Shown here one piece after another: positions 51,901 through 61,095 of a stretch of DNA of 64,000 nt. The stretch is taken from positions 62,001 to 126,000 of the forward strand of contig OZ025744.1 in NCBI GenBank assembly GCA_964019335.1, in the 5' to 3' direction. Each line of letters starts with the position of its first letter. Within the stretch, counting starts at the first letter, position 1. The notes beneath the pieces were generated by a model that made no database searches, had not been told where the DNA came from, and was given only the letters and a program-made list of their open reading frames with translations. Position numbers and translations under genes: made by a program. The stretch comes from Diplonema japonicum. Its lineage: Eukaryota; Protista; Euglenozoa: Diplonemea.

Positions 51901-54900
51901 CGTCACCACTGTGAATATAATGTCCCCGTCCTTCACCATGTCGTCGACACCCGATACAGTCACCAACTGCGGTGCACCCCAGTGTCCCTGTCCAAGCGGA
52001 GATGAACCTGGGCTGAACACTAGCTGGCTTGGTGAGATGGTGCCTTCTGTTTCGTCTGTTGACTGCAAGTTGATGGTGACGTCCGCTGTAGGCTGTGTGT
52101 GCAGTGCGACGGTGAAGACGCCCACCCCTCCAGCCTCCGATGTGATGATGTCCGTGATCGGCGCGACCGACACACCGATCGTGTCGTCGTCAATGTTGGT
52201 GACCAGCACGTTTGTCGGGTCCAGTCCATTGTAGTCGGTGTCCGCAGACACGACACGACCCATGATGATGGTGTACGTCACGTCACCATCGTCCGTGGCG
52301 TCCTGCACACCGGTCACAGTGATGGTCTGCGGGGCACCCCAGTTCGACGACGTGAAGGTCACGCTAGCTACAGAGACGACACCTTCTCCTGTGTCACTGC
52401 TGTGGATGGGAATCGTCACGTCCTGGAAAGGCTCGCTCTCAAGCGTGATAGTGAACGTGTCGACAAGCCCTGCCTCTGAGGTCATCAGCCCTGTGGGCGT
52501 CACCGTGACAGAGGCCGCTCGAGAGCATGATGTGTCGGGTCCTGTGGCATCGTCGCCAGGAGCATTTCTGAAACTGTTCGCGCACGGTATGCACTGATGG
52601 TTCTGCACCTTCTGGTTTCTCTCGCAGTATGTCACATCGCAGTAAGTATCCGGCCCTGCAGCGTCGTCGGCAGGTAGATTCGTCGATCCAGAAGGGCACG
52701 TCAAGCACACATGGTTCAAAACCCGCTGATTCGTTGTGCAGATCGTGTGGTCGCAGGTCGTGTCGGGCCCATTGGCGCTGTCGCCTGGTGCATTTGTGCT
52801 CCCCGGTGGACATGCTGCACATGCGTTCGACAGCACCCTCTGATTGCTTGCACAGAGAATGGCATTGCATAGCGTGTCGGGCCCGCTGGCAGGATCATTT
52901 GCTGTGTTCACTGTTCCAGCAGGACAGGCCGCACAGGCATGGTTGAAGACCCTCTGGTTGGTACCGCACAGGGTCGGATCACAGAAGGTGTCGGAGCCCG
53001 AAGCCTGGTCGCCCGCGATATTGGTCGACCCAAGGGGGCACTGCAAGCACTGGTTGTTCACCACACGCTGGTTGGCACCACATATGACGGTGTCGCAAAC
53101 TGTGTTAACGCCCGTGGCGAGGTCGCCCGCTAAATTGGTCATGCCCAACGGGCAGGCAACACACGCGTTGGACTCAACACGCTGGTTGGTACCGCACGCA
53201 GTGGGGTCGCAGAAGGTGTTGGGCCCAGCCGCGTTGTCGTTGGCAGTGTTGGTAGACCCGGCAGCGCAGGTGGCACACGCATGGTTAATAACCCTCTCGT
53301 CCACACCGCACAGTGTGTCTTCGCAAAAGGTGTCGGACCCCGTGGCAGGATCACCTGCAGCGTTCGTGGACCCTGCGAGGCACTGCACACACAGGTTGTT
53401 CTGCACCCTCTCGTTGATGAGGCACAGCGTTGTGTCGCAAAAGGTGTCGGGCCCCGTGGCGTCATCGTCCTGCATGTTCGTGGACCCCGCAGCACACTGC
53501 CTGCAGGTGTGGCTCGCAACGTACTCATTAGTACCGCACAGGGTAGGATCGCAGTTGGTGTCGGCCCCAGCGGCACTGTCGGTTGGGACGTTTGTCGACC
53601 CTGCAGGGCACGCCACGCAAGCATGGTTCAACACACGCTGGTTCGCACCGCATAAAGTAGGGTCGCAGCACAGGTTTGTCGTGCATGTTGCAGCGGTGGC
53701 GCCGCAGAGGATGAGGCTGTTGGACGACTTCGCCTGCCAGCCCACGGGGCATGTGAAGAGCGCGTTGTTGCAGGTTGCGTCGCAGCACGTGTTCGAGGAG
53801 CAGGACGCAGGGGTCGGCCCGCATATTATGTTATTCTGGTTCGGCTTTGCAACGTACCCACCGCCACACGAGAAGAGAGCGTTGTCACATGTTGTGTCGC
53901 AACAGATGGCAGGGTTGCAGGACGCAGCTGTCGCACCGCACCGGATGGAGTTCTGGTTTGCTTTAGGGTTGTACCCTGTGGGGCACGTGTAGCCGGTGTT
54001 GGCGCAGGTTGCATCACAGCATATGGCATCTGTGCAAGCAGCAGCGGTGGCCCCACAACGAAGCGTTGCCATGTTAACCTTGGCAACATTGCCGGCACTG
54101 CAGGATGCCCAGCCACCGTTAACGCAGGTGGCATCGCAGCAACCTGCATTGGTGCAGGACGCAGCAGTGGCACCGCATGTGATGGCGGCCTGGTTGCCTC
54201 GGGCAACGAATCCCGTCGTGCAAGCAAACGCAGGGTTTGAACAGGTAGCGTCGCAGCAAGTGTTTTGCGTGCAGGACGTGACAGCGGCACCGCATCTAAT
54301 GGACGACTGGCCGGCTTTGGCAACCGCTCCAATAAAGTTTAAACAGGAAAAACCGGTGTGGTCGCATGTTGCATCGCAGCATGTCCCCGCGGAGCACGAC
54401 GCAGTTGTCAGCCCGCAGAGAAGAGAAGCTTGGTTCACCTTTGCTGTGAAGCCAACAGGGCAGTTGAAGGCCGCGTTATTACACATTGCGTCGCAACAGG
54501 TTGTGAAGGTGCAGGCAGCTGCGGTCCCTCCGCATCGTATTCCAGCGGGAGCGGCTTTGTCACGATAGCCAGTGGTGCAACCTGCCCAACCGGAGTTGTC
54601 GCAGGTGACGTCGCAGCATGTGGTTGTGGAACAAGATGCAGCTGTTGCCCCACAGGTGATACCATCCAGAACGGGTTTTGGAAGGAAGCCTGCCGTGCAT
54701 CCAGGCCACAAACCATTGTCACACGTTACCAAACAGCAGATGGCAGTTGAACATGACACTGCTCCTGCTCCGCACACTATTGTGTTTGATGCCGCTCGGT
54801 CAGTGAACCCCACACCACAACCGGCCCACCCTGCGTTGTCGCAGGTGGCGTCACAACACACAGCGTCGCTGCAGGCCACCAGAGGCGCTGCACCGCAAGG

Positions 54901-55020
54901 AATACCCACACTTCCCGCTTTCAATGAGAACCCTGTCCCGCATGTGTTCCACGCGTTGCAAGTCTGGCCTTCTACAAGGCTTACTACTATCGCTAGCAAG
55001 ACTACAAACGATTTTATCAT
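48907..55020 (-). CDS. Giant type I membrane surface protein: two classes of Cys-rich repeats + ~8 Calx-beta/cadherin-like repeats + TM
   Basis: 2037-aa ORF; signal peptide; CCDATC repeats; CGxNQRV..C..C..GSTN repeats; TSE.G..FT..L.SQPT...FT..NW..PQT.TVTGVDD...DGD repeats; TM WWVWLVVALAALCCFLVVAFLLF. Confidence 0.88.
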   Translation of the reverse strand: MIKSFVVLLAIVVSLVEGQTCNAWNTCGTGFSLKAGSVGIPCGAAPLVACSDAVCCDATCDNAGWAGCGVGFTDRAASNTIVCGAGAVSCSTAICCLVTCDNGLWPGCTAGFLPKPVLDGITCGATAASCSTTTCCDVTCDNSGWAGCTTGYRDKAAPAGIRCGGTAAACTFTTCCDAMCNNAAFNCPVGFTAKVNQASLLCGLTTASCSAGTCCDATCDHTGFSCLNFIGAVAKAGQSSIRCGAAVTSCTQNTCCDATCSNPAFACTTGFVARGNQAAITCGATAASCTNAGCCDATCVNGGWASCSAGNVAKVNMATLRCGATAAACTDAICCDATCANTGYTCPTGYNPKANQNSIRCGATAASCNPAICCDTTCDNALFSCGGGYVAKPNQNNIICGPTPASCSSNTCCDATCNNALFTCPVGWQAKSSNSLILCGATAATCTTNLCCDPTLCGANQRVLNHACVACPAGSTNVPTDSAAGADTNCDPTLCGTNEYVASHTCRQCAAGSTNMQDDDATGPDTFCDTTLCLINERVQNNLCVQCLAGSTNAAGDPATGSDTFCEDTLCGVDERVINHACATCAAGSTNTANDNAAGPNTFCDPTACGTNQRVESNACVACPLGMTNLAGDLATGVNTVCDTVICGANQRVVNNQCLQCPLGSTNIAGDQASGSDTFCDPTLCGTNQRVFNHACAACPAGTVNTANDPASGPDTLCNAILCASNQRVLSNACAACPPGSTNAPGDSANGPDTTCDHTICTTNQRVLNHVCLTCPSGSTNLPADDAAGPDTYCDVTYCERNQKVQNHQCIPCANSFRNAPGDDATGPDTSCSRAASVTVTPTGLMTSEAGLVDTFTITLESEPFQDVTIPIHSSDTGEGVVSVASVTFTSSNWGAPQTITVTGVQDATDDGDVTYTIIMGRVVSADTDYNGLDPTNVLVTNIDDDTIGVSVAPITDIITSEAGGVGVFTVALHTQPTADVTINLQSTDETEGTISPSQLVFSPGSSPLGQGHWGAPQLVTVSGVDDMVKDGDIIFTVVTSPTISVDPLYNGINPPDVSAKNLDNDVAGVRMIPLTSLITSESGDTALVSVELLSQPALSVMVNVGASDITEASLSPASMTFTPANWNTPQTFTVTGVDDNVADGDVSYNVTATTQSSESSYSGVVWMARTLINADNDVAGIVVTSDPMLVTAENNSLTPSFSLTLKSAPISTVVIPLVSTDTTEGLPQPNSVQFTAANWNIPVVVNIIGVQDSITDGLTNFAINIGPAQSADDKYDALPVPPVTAYCADDDEAGVIVSPTSGINTSEAGVTAWFTIRLGSQPTHDLTIGLTSSDHTEGEPNVPQVVFQESNWQHIHTVTVKGVQDRIADDDIMYDIITSQVSTLDPVYSNIDPPNVRLYNINDDVASIVVTPTQGLRTSETGSKAYVNVSLTSQPTANVVIRFFSSDTSEGRLDPPEVTFTPGSWEDVRTVTITGVQDAVDDGDMVFKVTSSGAISTDPRYSMLAVPEITVLNAEDDVAGITVTPNPAGVFTSETGNTSFITVVLNTQPTGDVTIPVSSSDVSEGVVSPSTLLFTSGAAMGINHWGIPQTILVTGVDDTEADGNIPYLINFGAVMSTDARYANQRIASVSAWNTDDDEAKVVVNPTTGHTIGESGLFSTFTVVLSAQPTQPVSCGMSVSDQTEATLSATKVTFGTSDWSVLQTVTITGVDDNILDDDVQLSVVMAPCVSADFRFNNVDPPDVQVTNIDMDSSGAYLLVTLSLPTGIATTEDALCKATMSDVSLLWSVPQGYITKCRVAPSSPQEGTTHDVVTFEIHQIGNKLTACETLRGLSDKIRAAPNQVTIAGRTLQESTATVVGCSNVKCTAFGVNQCSSNTLVDDAATKDCLNNVCTAATCCKTQSPSSDDDDGIPWWVWLVVALAALCCFLVVAFLLFKMCGSNTPAENNPAPLREEEPSKEVPLLEDEGRASTKVPYSLYKHEPEYSHPRYGPSIHNRAEGLITPRPNRPSHSFAPPGPPRDYANPLSETYYSAQPIAY

Positions 55021-56011
55021 TTAACTTTTAGTTTTTTTTTTTCTCTTTTTTTTTTCTTTTTAGTGCATTCCTGGATGGTAGGGGAGGGGGTTTTTTTTTT
55101 ATTTCCGGAAATTAGAAGAAAAAAAAAAGAGAGGAAAAAAAAATGTAATAACCTGAGCCAAATATTTTGTTGGGGGGGGTGGGGAGAGAGAGGGGAGAGG
55201 GGAAACGAAAGAAGAAGAAATAAAAACCTTTCTTTTATTTTTTTTTTATTCCTTCTTGTCCTCCCTTTTTATATTTTGTCTCCATGGGAGAGGGGGGGGG
55301 GGGGGGGGGGGTTATAGAGAACAAAAGGAAAAAAAAAATGGAGTGGGTTGCTTCCATGAGGCAGTTTTGTCACAGCAAAAAAAAAGGGGTGAGAGAGAAT
55401 CAGAAGAAAGAAAACGAGGAAAATGGGGGGAGATAAAAGAAAGAAGGGGGATGGGACGGAAAAAAAAAAAAGAGTTTTGTTGCGAAAGGGAAAAAAAAAT
55501 ATTTTCAAGTCTATTGCCCCCCTCCCCACATCATTTCTTTATGGCCTTGCTTCCGACCAATCTATTTCACACCGAATTAGTGCAGATAACTCATCTAGAG
55601 AAGAACAGGCCTTTCTTTCTTTCTTTTATGTAATTCACTTTGTGCCCAAAAAAAAAAAAAGGAGGTGGCCACACTGTAACCTTTCATGAGCGCAAAAAAC
55701 CATTTGTATTTAAGTGGATTTTCGACCTTTCTTTTTTCTTTTTTTTGGGTTCTAAGTGAAATACCCTTCATTTATTTTTTTTTTATTTTTTTTTATTTTT
55801 TTTTATTTTTTTTTTACGAACATATCTCCCCCCCCCCCCCCCCCCGACGAAAAAAAAGAAAAGTCGCTGCCGGGACTTTTTTTTTTCTTTTTTTTTTTTT
55901 TATATTTACTATTTCAATTTTAATCGACACCGCCACCGCGCAGTGGAGTTTTAATAAAACCAAAATATTTCTTCTCAAAAAAAAAAAAAAAAAGGGGGCG
56001 GGAGAAGAGGA

Positions 56012-56657
56012 TCATGAACATGACGAAAAGTTCGGTTTGCAGATTACAAGCACGGCAACCAAGATTACAACCTTTTTTTTTTTTTTTTTTTTTTTTTAAA
56101 TCCCATACCATAACAACAACGACAACCATGATCGTCATCTTGGCTTGCTGGCAGCACATCTTGCGCCTCAACTCGCGGCCCCTTTTGAAGAAGGTCTGCC
56201 CCTCATTGGCTAATGCGTCTGATTTCTGCACCATGTTTTCAAGCTTGTCATGGCGGTCCAGCATCTTGTCCATGTTTTCCATCATAATATCCTGAATCTC
56301 TGCAATTTCTCCCTGTACCTTCTTCGCTATGTCGTTCCGGGGGTCATTTGCGTACTCAGATTCTCTTTTAAGAGTTTCTGAGGGGCTTGGCCAGTCCTGT
56401 CTGTCGCCTCGGCATTTTACTTCGACTCTCCCTAACATATCAAATGAAGTGCGGACGGGCATATCGGTGGTGCTCACACACACAATGAGGACGTCCCTCC
56501 CCGTGGCAAGGTAGTTGACATCCACCCCCTGGCTGTCGTCCGTCAGTTTTGTCCTGTTATATTTGTTGATCCTTGCCTCTTTGTCGGCCAGCCTCTGGCA
56601 TGTTTCAGCGAGCGCCGCGTATCCCTGTTCGAAAAAAAAAAAAGTTTTTTCTTTTTG

Positions 56658-56693
<36 letters not shown>

Positions 56694-56755
56694 CCCTGCT
56701 GGATGCTCCGCAACCCTATTCCCCTCCAGAAATATTGCCGAATACTTGATTGGCA

Positions 56756-56756
<1 letters not shown>
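56012..56756 (-). CDS. VAMP7: Longin R-SNARE VAMP7-like; three exons (introns 56625-56693, 56072-56108)
   Basis: Spliced product MPIKYSAIF...HPAG|GYAALAE...; SNARE motif IMMENMDKMLDRHDKLE; TM completed as MVVVVVM|VVILVAVLVICKPNFSSCS*. Confidence 0.88.
56072..56108 (-). other. 37-nt intron GTATGGGATTT(A)nG
   Basis: Removal completes the VAMP7 TM helix and C-terminus. Confidence 0.85.
56625..56693 (-). other. 69-nt T-rich GT-AG intron
   Basis: GTATGA(T)n...CGAACAG; joins the longin N-terminus in frame. Confidence 0.85.
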
Positions 56757-56787
<31 letters not shown>

Positions 56788-57344
56788 TGTGTTTTTTTTT
56801 TCTTCTCCCCTTTTTTTTTGTTGGAAAATGAAAAAAAAAAAAAAAAAAAATGCGCAACAATAAAAAAAAAATAAGACGAGAGGAAAAAAAAAAAAAAGAA
56901 GAAGAATGAGTCTGGACACTATTGGAAAAAAGAAATAAAAAAGAAGGAGAAGAAAAAAAAACCCCCCCCCAAGACCTTTTTATTATTATTTTTTTCATTT
57001 TATTATTTTCTTTTTTTTAGCAGAGTGACCCTTCTATTCTTCTCGTAATTTGTAAAGAAATGTACATTAGCATAATCTTCCTTTTTCTTCTTCCCTTTTT
57101 TTTTTTTTTTCGTATTGCTAATTACATTTTCTTTTTAAAAAAAAAAGCTTTTTGCCCCTCCACCTGCTGCCAAAAAAAATATATAAATAGGGGAAACACA
57201 AGACGCAAAAAGTGAAACAAACAAGTATTTCGAGGTACCCCCATTTTCCCCCCATCCCGCCGCCTAGCTGCCTTGACCGGCTTCTCGTGGGCGGGAAAGG
57301 AAAAAGAAATGTATGAATTAAAGGGGTCGAACTCCTCACCAACC

Positions 57345-58061
57345 TCACTGCAAGGCCTTCACAACAGCCTCCGCGCAACCTCCTGCGGATTGCGGGTTCT
57401 GGCCTGTCACCAAACGTTCATCAGTGACGGTGTTGGTGCCCCAGTCCTTGACGGACACAAACCGCGCACCACGCTCCTTCAGCACAGTTTCCAACATGAA
57501 GGGCATCACCTCAGACTTCTGAACCGCATCCTCTTCGGTGTTTGTGAAGCCGGTCACGAGCTTTCCTGCGACAAGGTGGGACCCGTCGGAGAGCTTGATG
57601 TTCACAAGGGCGGCAGGCCCATGGCACACCGCAGACACAACACCACCCTTTTCGTAGATGGCGGCTGCTGCCTTGTTCTGTGCTTCGCAGTCCGGGAAGT
57701 CCCACATCACCCCGTGACCGCCAGCGTAGAAGATCGCGCTGTACTCGGCAGCAGGCTTCGGCAGCTCCGCTAGCGACACCGTCTTGAGGCTCGTCCCGTC
57801 GTTGTGCATCTGTTCTGTTTTGAACTGCTGCGACTCGGCGTCCTCTGCGTAGGCGGACAGGCTGCTCTCGTCACACGCCGCGTCACCACCCTTCGGGCTC
57901 ACAAACACCACCTCGTACCCAGCCTTCTTGAAGACGTAGTACGGGTGCGCCACCTCCGGAAGGTACCACCCCGTCTGAGGGGGCGTCACACCCTTGCTTG
58001 CCTCAGCCTTTGTGGCAGGCATCGCGGTGAACTGGGACACAACCAGGAGGACAGACGGCAT
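57345..58061 (-). CDS. DJ-1/PfpI family Hsp31-like protein (glyoxalase III-like)
   Basis: GWYLPEVAHPY, FYAGGHG, AVCHGP (nucleophile Cys-His), VTGFTNTEE, TGQNPQS. Confidence 0.9.
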   Translation of the reverse strand: MPSVLLVVSQFTAMPATKAEASKGVTPPQTGWYLPEVAHPYYVFKKAGYEVVFVSPKGGDAACDESSLSAYAEDAESQQFKTEQMHNDGTSLKTVSLAELPKPAAEYSAIFYAGGHGVMWDFPDCEAQNKAAAAIYEKGGVVSAVCHGPAALVNIKLSDGSHLVAGKLVTGFTNTEEDAVQKSEVMPFMLETVLKERGARFVSVKDWGTNTVTDERLVTGQNPQSAGGCAEAVVKALQ

Positions 58062-58574
58062 CTTGTGTGTTTTTTTTTTTTGTTTTGTGAAAACTGTGGT
58101 ATCGGTGTGGGAAAGGAAGAAGGAAAAAAAAAAAAAAAAAGAAAAAAAAAAAAAGAAGATTTCTTTTCATCTGAAATGAGGAGAGAGAGAACAGTGTAAG
58201 CAGGCATTTGATATTAAAAAAAAGAAGAAGAAGAAAAGGGGGATACGTAAGTACCCCTCTTTTTTTTGTTTTTATGTCTCGCAATCAGAGCATTGCCCCA
58301 TTCAGTCTCATAGGCTCCTTTACAAAATGTGGCGCGCCGTGTCCTAAAGGCGGCGCCGGGACGGTGGCCAACCCTCCCAAGGGGGGTACTTTTGTAGGCT
58401 GGCTGGTCCCTCCGTTGGAAGCTGCGGATGCGGCAGTGGGCATTCTTTTTTTGTTTTTTGTTTTTTTTTTTTATTGTTTCCCCTCTTGATATGGCATAAG
58501 GAACGCTTCTTTTGAAAGAAAAAAAAAAAAGAAAGATACGTAGTTTTATGAACATATTGAGAAAGAATTATAGT

Positions 58575-58604
<30 letters not shown>

Positions 58605-58605
<1 letters not shown>

Positions 58606-59337
58606 GCGATGTTTAAGGGCAAATCCCACTTGAGGGGGGGGGTGGGGGTCTATCTCTTGATGCTTCCTTTTTGGAGCCTCGCTTTCGTTCCGATAGCGGA
58701 TACCAGTGTCTTTCGCAGACGGTTGATGCGGTCTTTCTTCAGGTTGGTCTTCAGCTCTCTTAGCCTGTCCTGGGTTTCTCCTGAGGCGAAGATCGGTCTC
58801 CTTGCAAAGCCTATCGCTGCCTTCCCTCCTATTGTCATGAGGGACTTCACTCTCATTTTGCCCTTCGCTGGGAAAGGCCTCTTCCTCCCTTGTATCGTGC
58901 ACCTGTCGTTCATCTTTTCGATCAATTTCTTGATCCTTCGTGCCTTTTCCACCTGCGTCATCCCCAGCGATCTACGTGTTGTCGCTTCAAAGTCTAGGGC
59001 CAACTCCACCGCCGTCACCTCCGACGTCGTGTCTCCTTCAACCCATCTTAGCTCCGACATCCACTTCAACAGCGACTCCGCGCACATCTGTAGTACACCC
59101 CCACCACTTTCCGTTCCCATGGCAGTTCTCCTCCAATATCTTCCACTTGCTCGCTTCGCTACTATCAACGCCAGGTACCTCTGCAACCTCTCCAGGTGTG
59201 TAAATCCGTACCCCCTCGGCAAGATCCCGTGTAGTTCCAGGTAGAGAGGCCAACCCGACCTGTCGCGCAGCGGTTCCAACCCGTCCCTCGCCAGCTCTTC
59301 CTGCGCAAGTGGGCATTCGTACAGCTGGTGCCGTAGC
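58605..59337 (-). mobile_element. 5'-truncated 3' fragment of the same non-LTR retrotransposon group
   Basis: 229-aa ORF colinear with the end of 21912-23216 (HQLYEC, ELALDFE, IGGKAAIGF, LQKGSI); bounded by A-runs on the + strand at both ends. Confidence 0.85.
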
Positions 59338-59366
59338 AAAAAAAAAAAAAAAAAAAGAAAAAACCC

Positions 59367-59849
59367 CTACACTTTCTTGACCTTTTTATTTATGTTGATC
59401 TGAAGCTCCCTGTTTATTTGGTTGCAGATTTTGTCCGGGATCTTATTGTCGTTGGGTATGCCGGGGGTGTTAAGCTCAATGACTAGAACCTTTCTATTTT
59501 GCCTCGCGAGTTTCAACAATTCCTTGCCGCTGTCGATGTAAAGACGGTTGTTGTTAAGCCGCAGCGTGGTGAGGGAGGGGTGGACGAGCAGCACGTCCAC
59601 AAGCTCCAGTATATTTTCGGTTGACAGAAAATTGTTGGACAAGTCTATCTCCTCCACATTATCCAGGCAGCGCAGTGTGTCCACAAAACACAAGAAGCCA
59701 TGCTCCGTCCCGACGTAGTTGTTGCTGAGGTCCAAAACCTTCGTGTGCAAGCCCCCTATTCCCAGCATCGAGGCCAGTTTTGTATTTGCTTTTATACCGT
59801 GTTTGTGGCAGTTTGTCAGATAAACGTGTTGCGGGTTGACAGGTGCCAT
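59367..59849 (-). CDS. Small leucine-rich repeat protein
   Basis: Start MAPVNPQH; LDLSNNYVG, IDLSNNFLS, LRLNNNRL. Confidence 0.8.
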   Translation of the reverse strand: MAPVNPQHVYLTNCHKHGIKANTKLASMLGIGGLHTKVLDLSNNYVGTEHGFLCFVDTLRCLDNVEEIDLSNNFLSTENILELVDVLLVHPSLTTLRLNNNRLYIDSGKELLKLARQNRKVLVIELNTPGIPNDNKIPDKICNQINRELQININKKVKKV

Positions 59850-59937
59850 GTTGCCGGCTTTCTTTTTTTCTTCTCCCTCCCCCCTTCCCCCCACAATCTG
59901 TCATGAAGTTTAAAAAAAAAAAAAAAAAGATCGTTTG

Positions 59938-59980
<43 letters not shown>

Positions 59981-60127
59981 AAGAAGAAAAAATACCTCAC
60001 AATTTTCTTTTTTTTTTTTCGAAACGCTTTCGAGCCGCTTTTTTTTGTGATTCTTTTTTTTTTTTTTTTTTTTTTTTTGTAGCAGCTCCGAGAGGGGGGG
60101 GGGGAAAAAAGAAAACCATTACCCATA

Positions 60128-60934
60128 TCATGTACCAAATCCTTTTGTGAGAATTTTACCAACCAGGTCGGTGCCCCCGGTCTCCTTCACACCGCCGTTT
60201 TCAAACACATGGACATGCGTTGGGCGGACATGGTGGAGGACCGATGCGGCGTGGGTGACAAGTACGAGCGAGAGATCTTTCGCCGATTTTAGGTATTTCT
60301 GAAGTGCGATGCCTACTTTCTTTGTAGCGTCAACGTCAAGGCCGGAGTCTGGCTCATCGAGGATGGCAAGCTTGGGCTTCAGCACAAGGAGGTGGAAAAT
60401 TTCGTTGAGCTTTCGTTCTCCTCCCGAGAAGCCTGCGTTTAAAGGACCGTTCACCAACAGCTTGCCCTTTTTTGATTCTCGTTTTATGTCCAACATCTCT
60501 AAGGCATCATCAATACGTGCCTCAAAGTCCAAAACAGACAGAATTTTCCCGTCTTTTTCAGTTTTATACCGCTCGGTCAGTGCGTGAAAGAGGAATTCTC
60601 GGTTTGGGAGGCCGGGGATTTCTATTGGTGTTTGCTGCCCCACGAACAAACCGTTTCTAGCCCGTTCTTCGGGGTCTCCTGCAGTCTTCCCCATGAATTT
60701 CACGGTGCCCTCTGTCTTAAGCCCTGGGTCGCCACCCACGGCCTTCACAAAGGAGCTTTTCCCGCACCCGTTGGGGCCCATTACGACGTGGACCTCGCCC
60801 CCGCCGACACGCATAGAGACGGAGTTCAATATTTTCTTCCCTTCAACCGTGCAAACCTTCAATTTTTCAACGTTCAACAGTGGTATCGTAGAGTTCGCCG
60901 CCTTGCTCGGACCTGATGCAGGTATGGCAGCCAT
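60128..60934 (-). CDS. sufC: Fe-S cluster assembly ABC ATPase SufC
   Basis: GEVHVVMGPNGCGKS (Walker A), PEERARNGLF, QTPIEIPG, LNAGFSGGERK, AILDEPDSGLDVDA, VTH and PTHVHV are SufC-typical motifs; single NBD, no TM. Confidence 0.88.
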   Translation of the reverse strand: MAAIPASGPSKAANSTIPLLNVEKLKVCTVEGKKILNSVSMRVGGGEVHVVMGPNGCGKSSFVKAVGGDPGLKTEGTVKFMGKTAGDPEERARNGLFVGQQTPIEIPGLPNREFLFHALTERYKTEKDGKILSVLDFEARIDDALEMLDIKRESKKGKLLVNGPLNAGFSGGERKLNEIFHLLVLKPKLAILDEPDSGLDVDATKKVGIALQKYLKSAKDLSLVLVTHAASVLHHVRPTHVHVFENGGVKETGGTDLVGKILTKGFGT

Positions 60935-61095
60935 CTTTTTTTTTTTTCTTTCCCCTCTCCCCCCTTCCTGACCCAAGATAACTTTTTTTTTTAAGAAGAT
61001 GTGTTTCACTATGGGGGGAGAAGAAAAAAAAATTTTTTTCCCCCTCCTTTTTTTTATATTTTTTTTTTATTTATTTTTTTTTTTTTTTTTTAAAT

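Noticed and set aside
49688-55024. Long + strand ORFs (up to 382 aa) opposite the giant surface protein and other genes
   Set aside because: Antisense shadows of repetitive, codon-biased minus-strand genes; no independent motifs.
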